From an uncultured delta proteobacterium (GTDB lineage: Bacteria > Myxococcota > Myxococcia > Myxococcales > Anaeromyxobacteraceae), in assembly GCA_963814585.1 (NCBI GenBank), contig CAWFDF010000014.1, forward strand, positions 448,001-512,000: a stretch of 64,000 bases of DNA, given 5' to 3'. Shown here piece after piece: positions 47,795-56,862 of this stretch (the stretch's first letter is position 1; each line of letters starts with the position of its first letter). Both the position numbers and the translations under genes were made by a program. The notes under the pieces are model-generated. The model searched no databases and was not told the origin of the DNA. It was given only the letters and a program-made list of their open reading frames with translations.

Positions 47795-50523
47795 GTGAAG
47801 GGCCAGAAGCCCGCAGCGCTGACCCGTTTTCACCAGCGCATCGCCGCCGAGGCGCTGACAGCCCGATCGGGCCGCGGCGCGTCGCGCCTGGCCCCGGCGC
47901 TGGCCCACTCCGCCGTCGACCTCAACCCGCACCAGATCGAGGCCGCCGCCTTCGCGCTGGACTCGCTGGCCACCGGCGGGGCCGTGCTGGCCGACGAGGT
48001 CGGCCTCGGCAAGACCGTCGAGGCCGGGCTGGTGCTGGCCCAGCTGGCCGCCGAGGGGAAGCCGCGGGCCGTCATCCTGGTGCCGGCGTCGCTGCGCGCC
48101 CAGTGGCGAGACGAGCTGCGCGACAAGTTCGGGCTGGACGCCGAGGTGGTGGACGGCGACACCTGCCGCGCCGCCGAGAAGGCGGGCCTGCGCACCAACC
48201 CCTTCGACACCGGCGGCATCGTCATCGCCTCCCACCCGTTCGCGGCCATGCGCGCCAGCGAGCTGGAGCGGGTGGCCTGGGACGTGGCGGTGATCGACGA
48301 GGCCCACCGCCTCCGCAACGCCTACCGCAAGGACCACCGCACCGGCCAGGCGCTGCGCCGGGGCCTGCGCCGGTGCCCCAAGCTGCTGCTCACCGCCACG
48401 CCGCTCCAGAACGACCTGATGGAGCTGCTCGGCCTGGCCTCCTTCATCGACGACGCCCTGCTCGGCAGCGAGGACGCCTTCCGGCTCCAGTACGCCACCG
48501 GCGAGCTGACCGACGAGAAGGCCGAGGACCTGAAGGCCAGGCTCGCCCCGGTGGTGATCCGCACGCTGCGCCGCCAGGTGCGCGAGTACGTGAAGTTCAC
48601 GGCCCGCCGCTCCATCGTGGAGGACTTCGCCCCCTCGGCGGAGGAGCAGGCGCTCTACGACCGGGTCTCCGACTACCTGCGGCGCGAGGACACCCACGCC
48701 ATCCCGCTGGCGCGCCGCGCCCTCTTCGTCCTGGTCTACCGGAAGATCCTGGCCTCCTCCTCCTTCGCGCTGGCCGGCACGCTGGAGCGGCTGGCCGACT
48801 CGCTCGACGAGCGGCTGGCCGGCGCCGAGGGCTCGGCCCAGGCCGACCTGGCGCTGGAGCTGGACGGCTTCGACGACGAGGTGGAGGAGCTCTTCGACGA
48901 CGCCGCGCCGGCGCGCCCCCGGAGCTCGAGGGCGGTCCGGCAGATGACCGCCGAGCTCTCCGAGCTGCGGGAGTGCGCCCGGATGGCGCGGGGCATCAGG
49001 CGGAACGCCAAGGCCGACGCCCTGGTGCGCGGCCTGGACCGCTGCTTCACGGTGGCCCAGGCCTGCGGCTGGCCGGAGAAGGCGGTGGTCTTCACCGAGT
49101 TCCGCCGCACCCAGGACCACCTGGCCCAGCTGCTGCGCTCGCGCGGCTACCTGGTCACCTGCCTCTCCGGCGACGTCTCGGGCACCGAGAAGCGGGCGGC
49201 GCTGGTGGAGGAGTTCCGCGACCGGTCGCAGATCCTGCTCATGACCGAGGCCGGCGCCGAGGGGCTCAACCTCCAGTTCTGCAACCTGGTGGTCAACTTC
49301 GACCTGCCCTGGAACCCGCAGCGGGTCGAGCAGCGCATCGGCCGGTGCCACCGCTACGGCCAGCAGCGCGACGTGCTGGTGCTCAACTTCCTCAACCGCG
49401 CCAACGCCGCCGACGCCCGGCTCTACGACCTGCTCTCGCAGAAGCTGGCGCTCTTCGACGGGGTCTTCGGCTCCTCCGACGAGATCCTCGGGGCGCTCGG
49501 CAGCGGCATCGACTTCGAGAAGCGGGTGCTCGACATCTACCAGTCGTGCCGCTCGCCCGACGAGATCGACCAGGCCTTCACGTCGCTGCGCGCCGACCTG
49601 GACGGGCGCATCACCGCCCGCTTCAGCGCGGCCCGGACGCTGCTCTTCGAGAGGTTCGACGGGGAGGTGCGCGGCCGGCTGCGGGTGGCCGAGGCCGACG
49701 CCCGGGAGGCGGTGGCTCGGCGCGACGCCGAGGAGGACGCCCTGCTCGAGGCGGCCTTCGAGGGCGAGCCGCGGCCGCCCGGGCTGACCCCGAGCCGGGA
49801 GCGGTGCGCTCGCGCACCGGGCGGGCCAGGCTGCTCCAGGCGGCTGCCGAGAAGGTGAAGGCGCGGCCGCAGGACGCCGTCGCCATGCTGGAGCTGCCGG
49901 CGCGGGCGCTCCCCGCCCGGCTGGGCAAGCTGGCCGGCCGCGAGGGCTGGTGGTTCGCCTACAAGTTCGGCATCGACGGGCTGGTCTCGGAGGAGCGGGT
50001 GGTCCACCTCGTCCTCTGGCACGACGGCGAGCGCTTCAACGCCCTGCCGCTCGACGAGGCCGACGAGTTCGCCGCCCTCCCCGCCGAGGAGGCCCGCGGG
50101 GGCCCGCGCAGCGCCACCGTCTCCATCGGCGCCAGCCAGGAGGAGGCGCTGGCCGCCATCCACGCCCAGCTGGCGTCGGAGGTCCAGGTCCGCTCCGGGG
50201 CCGCCTTCGACGAGTCGCGCGAGCGCTGGGACCGGAGCGTCGAGGACGCGCTGCTGGCGCCGCGGGCGGGGGTGGAGGCGGCGCGCCTGGCCTGGCAGCG
50301 GGCCCGCGGCGCCCTGCACGACCCGGGTGACCTGCCGCAGCGCGACCGCCGCGCGATGCTGGAGCGGGCCGAGCGCGAGTACCGGCGCAAGCTCGACGAG
50401 CTGCGCGCCACCGAGGCGCAGCGCTACGCCGAGCGGGACCGCGCGGTGGCCGAGCTGAAGCGCCGGGCCGAGCCGAAGGAGCGGCGCACCCTGGTGGCGA
50501 CGGCGTACTGGCGGTGCACGTAG
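47795..50523 (+). CDS. SNF2-family (RapA/HepA-like) helicase with C-terminal coiled coil (frameshift near 49795; start uncertain)
   Basis: LNPHQ, LADEVGLGKT, DEAH, LTATPLQN, EGLNLQ, N.DLPWNP.R.EQRIGR.HR.GQ; C-terminus continues in the adjacent frame to 50523. Confidence 0.88.
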
Positions 50524-50666
50524 GCGGTGCCCGCGGCTCGCGCCCGCACCATCGGCAGCGGCTGGCCCCGCCCGTGCTCTCCCCTCCCCAACGGCCCGAA
50601 ACGACCGTTTTCCTGCGCCGGAGGAAAGGCAGCGCTCCGCCCTCGCTCCGGGTAGTCTCCCCCCCC

Positions 50667-52424
50667 ATGCCCACTGTCCCCCACCGCTCCACGCTCGCCG
50701 TCCTGGCCACCCTGGCCGGCGCCCTGGTCCCCGTGGCCGCCGTCCCCTGCACCAGCGCGATGGTGACCCGCGGCGCCACCACCGACGGATCCACCTTCCT
50801 CACCTACCTGGCCGACTCGCACGTCCTCTACGGTGAGCTCTACTTCCGCGCCGCCGGCCGCCATGCCCCCGGGACGCTGCGGGAGATCATCGAGTGGGAC
50901 ACCGGCAAGCGGCTGGGGGCCATCCCCGAGGCTGCGGCCACCCACGCCCGCGTCGGCAACATCAACGAGCACCAGGTGGCCATCGGCGAGTCCACCTTCA
51001 CCGGCCGCAAGGAGCTGTCCAAGCCGGCCGGGATCCTCGACTACGGCTCGCTCATGTACATCGCCCTGGAGCGGGCGCGCACCGCGCGCGAGGCGGTGAC
51101 GGTGATCACCACCCTGGTGGCCGAGCACGGCTACGCCTCCACCGGCGAGTCGCTCTCCATCTCGGATCCGAACGAGGCCTGGCTGCTCGAGATCATCGGC
51201 AAGGGCGAGGGGAAGAAGGGGGCGGTCTGGGTGGCACGCCGGGTGCCGGACGGCCACATCACCGCCCACGCCAACGCCGCGCGCATCCGGACCTTCCCCC
51301 TCAAGGACCGCGACACCCTCTACGCCCCCGACGTCATCTCCTTTGCCCGCGAGCAGGGCTGGTTCCAGGGCGCCGATGCCGAGTTCAGCTTCGCCGACAT
51401 CTACGCCCCGGCCGACTTCGGGGCCCGGCGCTTCTGCGATTCGAGGGTCTGGAGCGTCTTCCGCCGCGCCGCCCCGTCGGCCAGCCTGCCCGAGGCGGCC
51501 ATCCTGGGTGATCCCAAGGCGCCGCCCCTGCCGCTCTGGATCAAGGTCGACAGGAAGCTCGGCGCCCAGGACGTCATGGCGCTGATGCGCGATCACTTCG
51601 AGGGGACCTCGCTCGACATGACCCGCGACCTGGGGGCCGGCCCGTACGCCCTCCCCTACCGCTGGCGTCCGCTCACCTTCAAGCTGGACGGCAAGGAGTA
51701 CCTGAACGAGCGGGCCATCTCGACGCAGCAGACCGGCTTCTCCTTCGTGGCCCAGTCACGGGCCTGGCTCCCCGGCCCCGTCGGCGGGGTGCTCTGGTTC
51801 GGCGTCGACGACACCGCCAGCACCGTCTACGTGCCGATCTACGCGGGCCTGCGCGAGCCGCCGCGGCCGTTCGCGGTCGGCACCGGCGACTTCGACCACT
51901 TCACCTGGGACTCGGCCTTCTGGACCTTCAACGCCGTCTCCAACTTCACCTACTCGCGCTACGCCGACATGATCGCCGACGTGCGCCGGGCCCAGGGTGA
52001 GCTGGAGGGGGGCTACGCGGCCCGCCAGGCCGACGTCGAGCAGGCGGCGCTGCAGCTCTGGAAGAGCTCTCCGGAGCAGGCCCGTGCCTTCCTGACCGAC
52101 TACTCGGCGCGCGCCTCGGAGCAGGCGCTGGCGCGCTGGAGGCTCCTCTTCGGCGAGCTGCTGGTGAAGTACCTGGACGGCAACGTGCGCGACGCCCAGG
52201 GGAAGGTGACCCACCCGGAGGCGCCCGAGGGCTGGCGGCGGCGCATCGTGCAGGACGCCGGCCCCCGGCTGGAGATGCCGGCCCGGGAGGCGGCGCCGCC
52301 TGGTCCGGCCGCGCCTCGGGCGACCGCTCCGGCGCCCGCTGCGGCCCCGACGCCATCGACACCGGCCCCCTCGCCGCCGCCCGTCAAGCCGCCCGCAGCG
52401 TCAGCGCCCGCGGCAAGACCGTGA
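50667..52424 (+). CDS. Secreted C69 family dipeptidase (Ntn hydrolase)
   Basis: Signal peptide then CTS nucleophile; NEHQVAIGESTF, AL.RA.TAREA, HAN.ARI, RDHFEGT, ERAISTQQT; Pro/Ala tail. Confidence 0.9.
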   Translation: MPTVPHRSTLAVLATLAGALVPVAAVPCTSAMVTRGATTDGSTFLTYLADSHVLYGELYFRAAGRHAPGTLREIIEWDTGKRLGAIPEAAATHARVGNINEHQVAIGESTFTGRKELSKPAGILDYGSLMYIALERARTAREAVTVITTLVAEHGYASTGESLSISDPNEAWLLEIIGKGEGKKGAVWVARRVPDGHITAHANAARIRTFPLKDRDTLYAPDVISFAREQGWFQGADAEFSFADIYAPADFGARRFCDSRVWSVFRRAAPSASLPEAAILGDPKAPPLPLWIKVDRKLGAQDVMALMRDHFEGTSLDMTRDLGAGPYALPYRWRPLTFKLDGKEYLNERAISTQQTGFSFVAQSRAWLPGPVGGVLWFGVDDTASTVYVPIYAGLREPPRPFAVGTGDFDHFTWDSAFWTFNAVSNFTYSRYADMIADVRRAQGELEGGYAARQADVEQAALQLWKSSPEQARAFLTDYSARASEQALARWRLLFGELLVKYLDGNVRDAQGKVTHPEAPEGWRRRIVQDAGPRLEMPAREAAPPGPAAPRATAPAPAAAPTPSTPAPSPPPVKPPAASAPAARP

Positions 52425-53298
52425 AGCGGGCCGGCAGCGTGCCCGGCTGCTCGCCGTCCACCTCCAGCAGCACCCGCGCGCCGCCCATCGGCTCGACCTC
52501 GACCTCCCGCCCGCGCAGCACGCGGGTCCTGGCCAGCCGCACGTGGCGGCCGTCGCGGAGCTTCGGCTGCAGCAGCACGAAGTCGATCGCCGAGTAGCCC
52601 TTCCAGACGGTGACGTCGAGGAGCCCGTCGTCGAGCTGCGCGTCCGGCGAGACCATCACCCCCCCGCCGAAGTAGCGGCCGTTGCAGACCGAGAGCGCGG
52701 TGATCGCCTCCTCCACCCAGGGGCCGCCGTCCACGCGCCAGCGGACGGCCTGGTCGCGCCAGCCGAGCAGCGCGCGGCCCGCGGCCAGCGTGAAGGCGAC
52801 CGGTCCGCCCAGCAGCTTGCTCCCGAGGTTGACGTTGCGCGCGATGCCGGCCGTGATGCCGCAGCTGGCCACGTTGCAGAAGTGGCGCACCCTCGGCGCG
52901 CCGTCCGGCCCGCTGAACTCGATCCGTCCCAGGTCGACCTGGCGCCGGTCCGGCCCCACCAGCTGCCGCACCGCCCCGGCGGCGTCGGAGGGGATGCCGA
53001 GGCTTCGCCGGAAGTCGCCGCCGGAGCCGCACGGGATGAAGCCGAACTCCCCGCGGTAGCCGCCGCCCAGGAGCCCGTCGATCACCTCGGAGGCGGTGCC
53101 GTCTCCGCCCACCGCCACCACCAGCCGGCGGCCGGCCTCGGCCGCCTGCCTCCCCAGCGCGGCCCCATCGCCGATGGTGCGGGTCAGCTGCGTATCGAAC
53201 TCGCCGAGCGAGGCCCTGACTCGACGGCTGATCCCGTCGAGGCTGCGGCCGGCGGCGCCGTTGGAGGAGGTCGGATTGACGATGAGGAGCGGCTTCAA
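52384..53298 (-). CDS. Diacylglycerol/lipid kinase family protein (YegS/DAGK-like)
   Basis: IVNP.S, GGDGT..EV, IP.GSG.DF.R.LGI, NG.YFGGG, DDG.LD, EVDGE; TTG start chosen. Confidence 0.88.
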   Translation of the reverse strand: MKPLLIVNPTSSNGAAGRSLDGISRRVRASLGEFDTQLTRTIGDGAALGRQAAEAGRRLVVAVGGDGTASEVIDGLLGGGYRGEFGFIPCGSGGDFRRSLGIPSDAAGAVRQLVGPDRRQVDLGRIEFSGPDGAPRVRHFCNVASCGITAGIARNVNLGSKLLGGPVAFTLAAGRALLGWRDQAVRWRVDGGPWVEEAITALSVCNGRYFGGGVMVSPDAQLDDGLLDVTVWKGYSAIDFVLLQPKLRDGRHVRLARTRVLRGREVEVEPMGGARVLLEVDGEQPGTLPARFTVLPRALTLRAA

Positions 53299-53370
53299 GA
53301 GACGGGCAGGATACCCCAGGTCCGCGGCCGGATGCCGCAGCGACGCTGCGACGCGGCGCAGCACCACCGG

Positions 53371-53826
53371 TCAATGGCCAGGGTGCCGCTCGTTCCCCGG
53401 GAGCGCGCCCCTCACCTGCTCCTCCGCCCTGGCCCGGAGATACGGGAGCACGCGCCCCATGGGAACGCCGACCGGGCAGAGCGCCTGGCACCCGGCGCAG
53501 CCCTGGCAGGCGTCGAGCAGGTCACGGGCCGCCGCCAGGTCTCCGCCGGTCCGACCGACCAGCCGGAAGGCCGCCGGCAGCCCGAGCGCCCGCACCGCCG
53601 GGGACGCCGACGCCAGCCGGCAGCCGGGCTCGCAGAGGCCGCACCCGATGCAGCGCGAGGCGAGGAAGGAGATCTCACGGTCGGCCGGGCTGGTCGGCGA
53701 GAGGTGGTCGGCCGCGAAGTTCGCCTGGAACCGCTCCAGCCCGGTGCCGCGCCGGAACAGCCGCTTCACCGGCTCCACCAGGACGGCGCGCCAGCCGAGA
53801 TAGGCGAGGGCGTGCAGGCTGGGCAT
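53371..53826 (-). CDS. 2x[4Fe-4S] ferredoxin-type protein (short GlpC-like subunit)
   Basis: CIGCGLCEPGC and CQGCAGCQALCP; GGAGGAGG SD; 2 nt after the glpB stop. Confidence 0.8.
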   Translation of the reverse strand: MPSLHALAYLGWRAVLVEPVKRLFRRGTGLERFQANFAADHLSPTSPADREISFLASRCIGCGLCEPGCRLASASPAVRALGLPAAFRLVGRTGGDLAAARDLLDACQGCAGCQALCPVGVPMGRVLPYLRARAEEQVRGALPGNERHPGH

Positions 53827-53828
53827 GG

Positions 53829-55139
53829 TCAGCCTCCTCCCCGCGCCGAGGCTGCCGCGCCCCGCCCGGCGATCCAGCCCGTCAGGATGGCCACGCCGAG
53901 CCCGGTCCCGTCGGCGGCGTGCTCGTGGCCGCCGATGACGGCCCCGGCGGCGAAGAGCCGGTCGCCGGCCGGTCGCCCCTCCTCGTCGAGCGGCCGGCAG
54001 GCCTGGTCCACGGCGACCCCGGCCGCCAGCAGCGGCTGCGCTGCCGTCCGCTCCCGGGTCGTGAGGAGCGAAGGCGCCCGCCCGGCCAGCGCCAGCCCGG
54101 CCGCGCCTGCCTCCGAGGCCAGCACCGCCAGCCCGAGCAGGGGCTCCACCAGGCCGGCGCGCCGCGCCAGGCCGCCGCCGAGGTAGCGGCCGGTGGCCAG
54201 CACCCAGGAGCGCGCCTCGACCATCACCGCCCCGATCCGGATCGCCTGCCCCGGCCCGCCACCGGGACCCACCTCGCCGGAGAGGACCTCGACGCCCGCG
54301 TCGCCGAGGCGCGCCAGCAGCGCGGCGTCGAGCCGGAGCCCCGGCACCGACGGGGGATCGGCCACCACCTCGGCCACCGGCAGGCCGGCCGCCGCCTCGA
54401 CCCGCTCGTGGACCCGCGCCGCCGGGTCGAGCCCGAGCACCGGCGCCACCAGCGCCACGGAGGCGCCGCGCGGCAGCACGGCGCGGATCGCCTCGCCCAG
54501 CGCCTCGGCAGCGCCGGGTCGCTCCAGCGCCCGCGCCAGCTCGATCGGTCGCAGCGCCCCGTCCTCCGGCCCGGTGAAGGCGGCGGCCTCGGCCACCGCC
54601 ACGCCCGGCCCGCCGGCGGGCGCCAGCCGGGCCACCGCCGAGGCCACCAGCCGGGCGTCGAAGCCGAGGTGCCCGGAGAAGCCGACCACCACCGCCAGGC
54701 CACGCACCCGCCGCAGGTCGCCGGCCGCCTGCGAGTGGAGGCAGAGCGCGCACTCCGCCACCCCGCCCGACAGGTGGGCGAGGAAGCGCGGCCGGCCGTC
54801 GGGCGGCTCCACCAGCGGCGAGAGATGGGCCGCTGCGAAGCCGAGCGCCTCCTCCAGATCGTGGACGCCGAGCACGGCGTAGGGGTGGCCGGGCCGCCGC
54901 GCCGCCAGGCGGCGCGCCGACTCGAGCGGCGAACGGCGCCCGCGCAGCGGGTCGCCGGGGAGCGCGTCGAGGTCGGGCGAGACGCCGAAGGCGCCGCCCG
55001 AGAGCGCGGTGGCCCCGGGGGATCGCCGCACCAGCAGCACGGTGGCGCCGGCCGCCCGGGCCTGCAGCGCCGCCACCGCGCCGGCCAGCCCGCCGCCGAT
55101 CACCAGCACGTCGGCGCGCCTCGGGGCGGCGTCGATCAT
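53829..55139 (-). CDS. glpB: Anaerobic glycerol-3-phosphate dehydrogenase subunit B
   Basis: DVLVIGGGLAG, GAT.LSGG, HPY, PPSVPG.RL, LATG...GGG, AG..IGG, G.G.GVAI.TG. Confidence 0.85.
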   Translation of the reverse strand: MIDAAPRRADVLVIGGGLAGAVAALQARAAGATVLLVRRSPGATALSGGAFGVSPDLDALPGDPLRGRRSPLESARRLAARRPGHPYAVLGVHDLEEALGFAAAHLSPLVEPPDGRPRFLAHLSGGVAECALCLHSQAAGDLRRVRGLAVVVGFSGHLGFDARLVASAVARLAPAGGPGVAVAEAAAFTGPEDGALRPIELARALERPGAAEALGEAIRAVLPRGASVALVAPVLGLDPAARVHERVEAAAGLPVAEVVADPPSVPGLRLDAALLARLGDAGVEVLSGEVGPGGGPGQAIRIGAVMVEARSWVLATGRYLGGGLARRAGLVEPLLGLAVLASEAGAAGLALAGRAPSLLTTRERTAAQPLLAAGVAVDQACRPLDEEGRPAGDRLFAAGAVIGGHEHAADGTGLGVAILTGWIAGRGAAASARGGG

Positions 55140-56764
55140 CCGACCCCCCAGTGGGCGCCGCGCAGCAGCTCTTCCTGGGCCAGCTGCGGGCCGCCCAGGA
55201 CCGCGCGCCGCTCCCGCCAGCCGGCCTCCAGCAGCTCGGCCAGCTCGGCCCGGGTCCGCTCCGCCGGCCAGCCCAGCTCCCGCCCCGTGAGCTGGGCCGC
55301 CAGCCGGGCGCAGTCGAGCCCGCCGCAGGCCCCCACCGAGAGCCGGAGCCGGGTCCGCAGGTCGACCAGCCTGCGGACCAGCTCGTGCCGCACGCAGTGG
55401 ACCACCTCGGCCGCCAGGATCCCCTCCTCGCGGCAGACCAGCAGCCGCAGGCGCGGGTCCTCGTCGCAGAGCCGCAGCACCTCGCCGGCGCCGGCGCCGT
55501 GCCGGTAGACCACCCGCGTCGCCACCGGGAGGGCCACGCGGTGCGCCGCCGCCAGCGCCACCGGGTCGGCTGGCGCCTCGCCGCCCGGGAGCGCCACCTG
55601 GTGCGTGCGGCAGGCGACCGGCGGGCGCCCGAGGGCGCGGAGGATCCGGTCGGTCACCTCCTCCGACTGGACCCGGTAGCTGGCCAGCTTGCCGCCCACG
55701 TAGGAGAGGAGGCCGGCGGCCCCCTCGGCGGCGTGATCGACGATCTCGTGCTCGCGGGAGAGCGCGTCCTCGTTCGGCCCGTAGGCGTGGAGCGTGGTCC
55801 GCAGGGACCAGAAGGCCCGCGTCAGCCGCGCCTCCCTCACCGCCGGGAAGACCGAGGCCGCCCCCTCGAGCAGGTACTCGACGTCGTCCGCGCTGGCCTC
55901 GCAGTCGTCGGGGTCGCCGTAGAAGTCGTCGTCGGTGGTGGCGATCCAGCTCTCCCGCTCGTGCGGATAGACGAACATCATCCGGCCGTCGACCGCGTTG
56001 CAGACGATGGCGTAGTCGGAGAGCCGCCGGTCCATGACCAGGTGGACCCCCTTGCCGGGCCGCATCCGCACCGTCACCCCCTGCCGCCTCGCGAAGGCCG
56101 GCGACCAGGCGCCGGTGGCGTTGAAGACGACCGGCGCCCGCGCCTCGCCCCGCTCCCCGGTCACCCGGTCCACCCAGCGGACGCCGACGACCCGGCCTCC
56201 CTCCCGGACCACCTCCCGCGCCTCGGTCCAGGTCCGCACCTCGGCGCCGTGGGCCCTGGCCGCCAGGGCGTTGAGCACGCAGAGCCGGTGGGGGTCGATG
56301 CCCCATTCGTCGAAGGTGACGGCGCCGTGCAGGCCGGGGCGCAGGCCGGGTTCGAGCTGGTAGAGCTCGTCGGCGCTGAGGCGCACCGAGGGCTTGCCGC
56401 GCTTGAGCGGCTGGAAGACGTCGTAGGTGGAGAAGAAGACCGCGGTGGCGTAGGCCATGGCCCGCTCCACGAGGGACTGGCGCTCGCGCCGCGAGGTGAA
56501 GGGGAGCAGGAAGGGGATGCGGAAGAGCAGGTGCGGCGCCAGCCGCTGGATGACGCCGGAGTCGCGGCAAGCCAGCTCGGTGACCTTGGGCCCCGACAGC
56601 ATGTAGCGCGGACCGCCGTGGATGAGCCCCGAGTTGCCGCCCGAGGCGCCGGAAGCCAGGTCGCCGCGCTCCAGCAGCAGCACCTTCAGCCCGCGCATGG
56701 CGCAGTCGCGCGCCGTGCCCAGCCCGTTGACCCCGCCCCCGAGCACGATGACGTCGAAGCTCAC
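55136..56764 (-). CDS. glpA: Glycerol-3-phosphate dehydrogenase FAD subunit (GlpA-type)
   Basis: DVIVLGGG.NG..TARD.A.RG, SG..SGLIHGG.RY, NATGAW, KG.HL, GGKL..YR, C-terminal R.R...G.C.G..C. Confidence 0.88.
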   Translation of the reverse strand: MSFDVIVLGGGVNGLGTARDCAMRGLKVLLLERGDLASGASGGNSGLIHGGPRYMLSGPKVTELACRDSGVIQRLAPHLLFRIPFLLPFTSRRERQSLVERAMAYATAVFFSTYDVFQPLKRGKPSVRLSADELYQLEPGLRPGLHGAVTFDEWGIDPHRLCVLNALAARAHGAEVRTWTEAREVVREGGRVVGVRWVDRVTGERGEARAPVVFNATGAWSPAFARRQGVTVRMRPGKGVHLVMDRRLSDYAIVCNAVDGRMMFVYPHERESWIATTDDDFYGDPDDCEASADDVEYLLEGAASVFPAVREARLTRAFWSLRTTLHAYGPNEDALSREHEIVDHAAEGAAGLLSYVGGKLASYRVQSEEVTDRILRALGRPPVACRTHQVALPGGEAPADPVALAAAHRVALPVATRVVYRHGAGAGEVLRLCDEDPRLRLLVCREEGILAAEVVHCVRHELVRRLVDLRTRLRLSVGACGGLDCARLAAQLTGRELGWPAERTRAELAELLEAGWRERRAVLGGPQLAQEELLRGAHWGVG

Positions 56765-56862
56765 GTCCCCCCCGAGCGCCGGAGTCTACCGCGCCCGGGC
56801 GGGACCCGGACGGCGCATCCGGGGCGCGGCTTCGCCCGAGCCGCGGCGATGCGACGCGGGCG

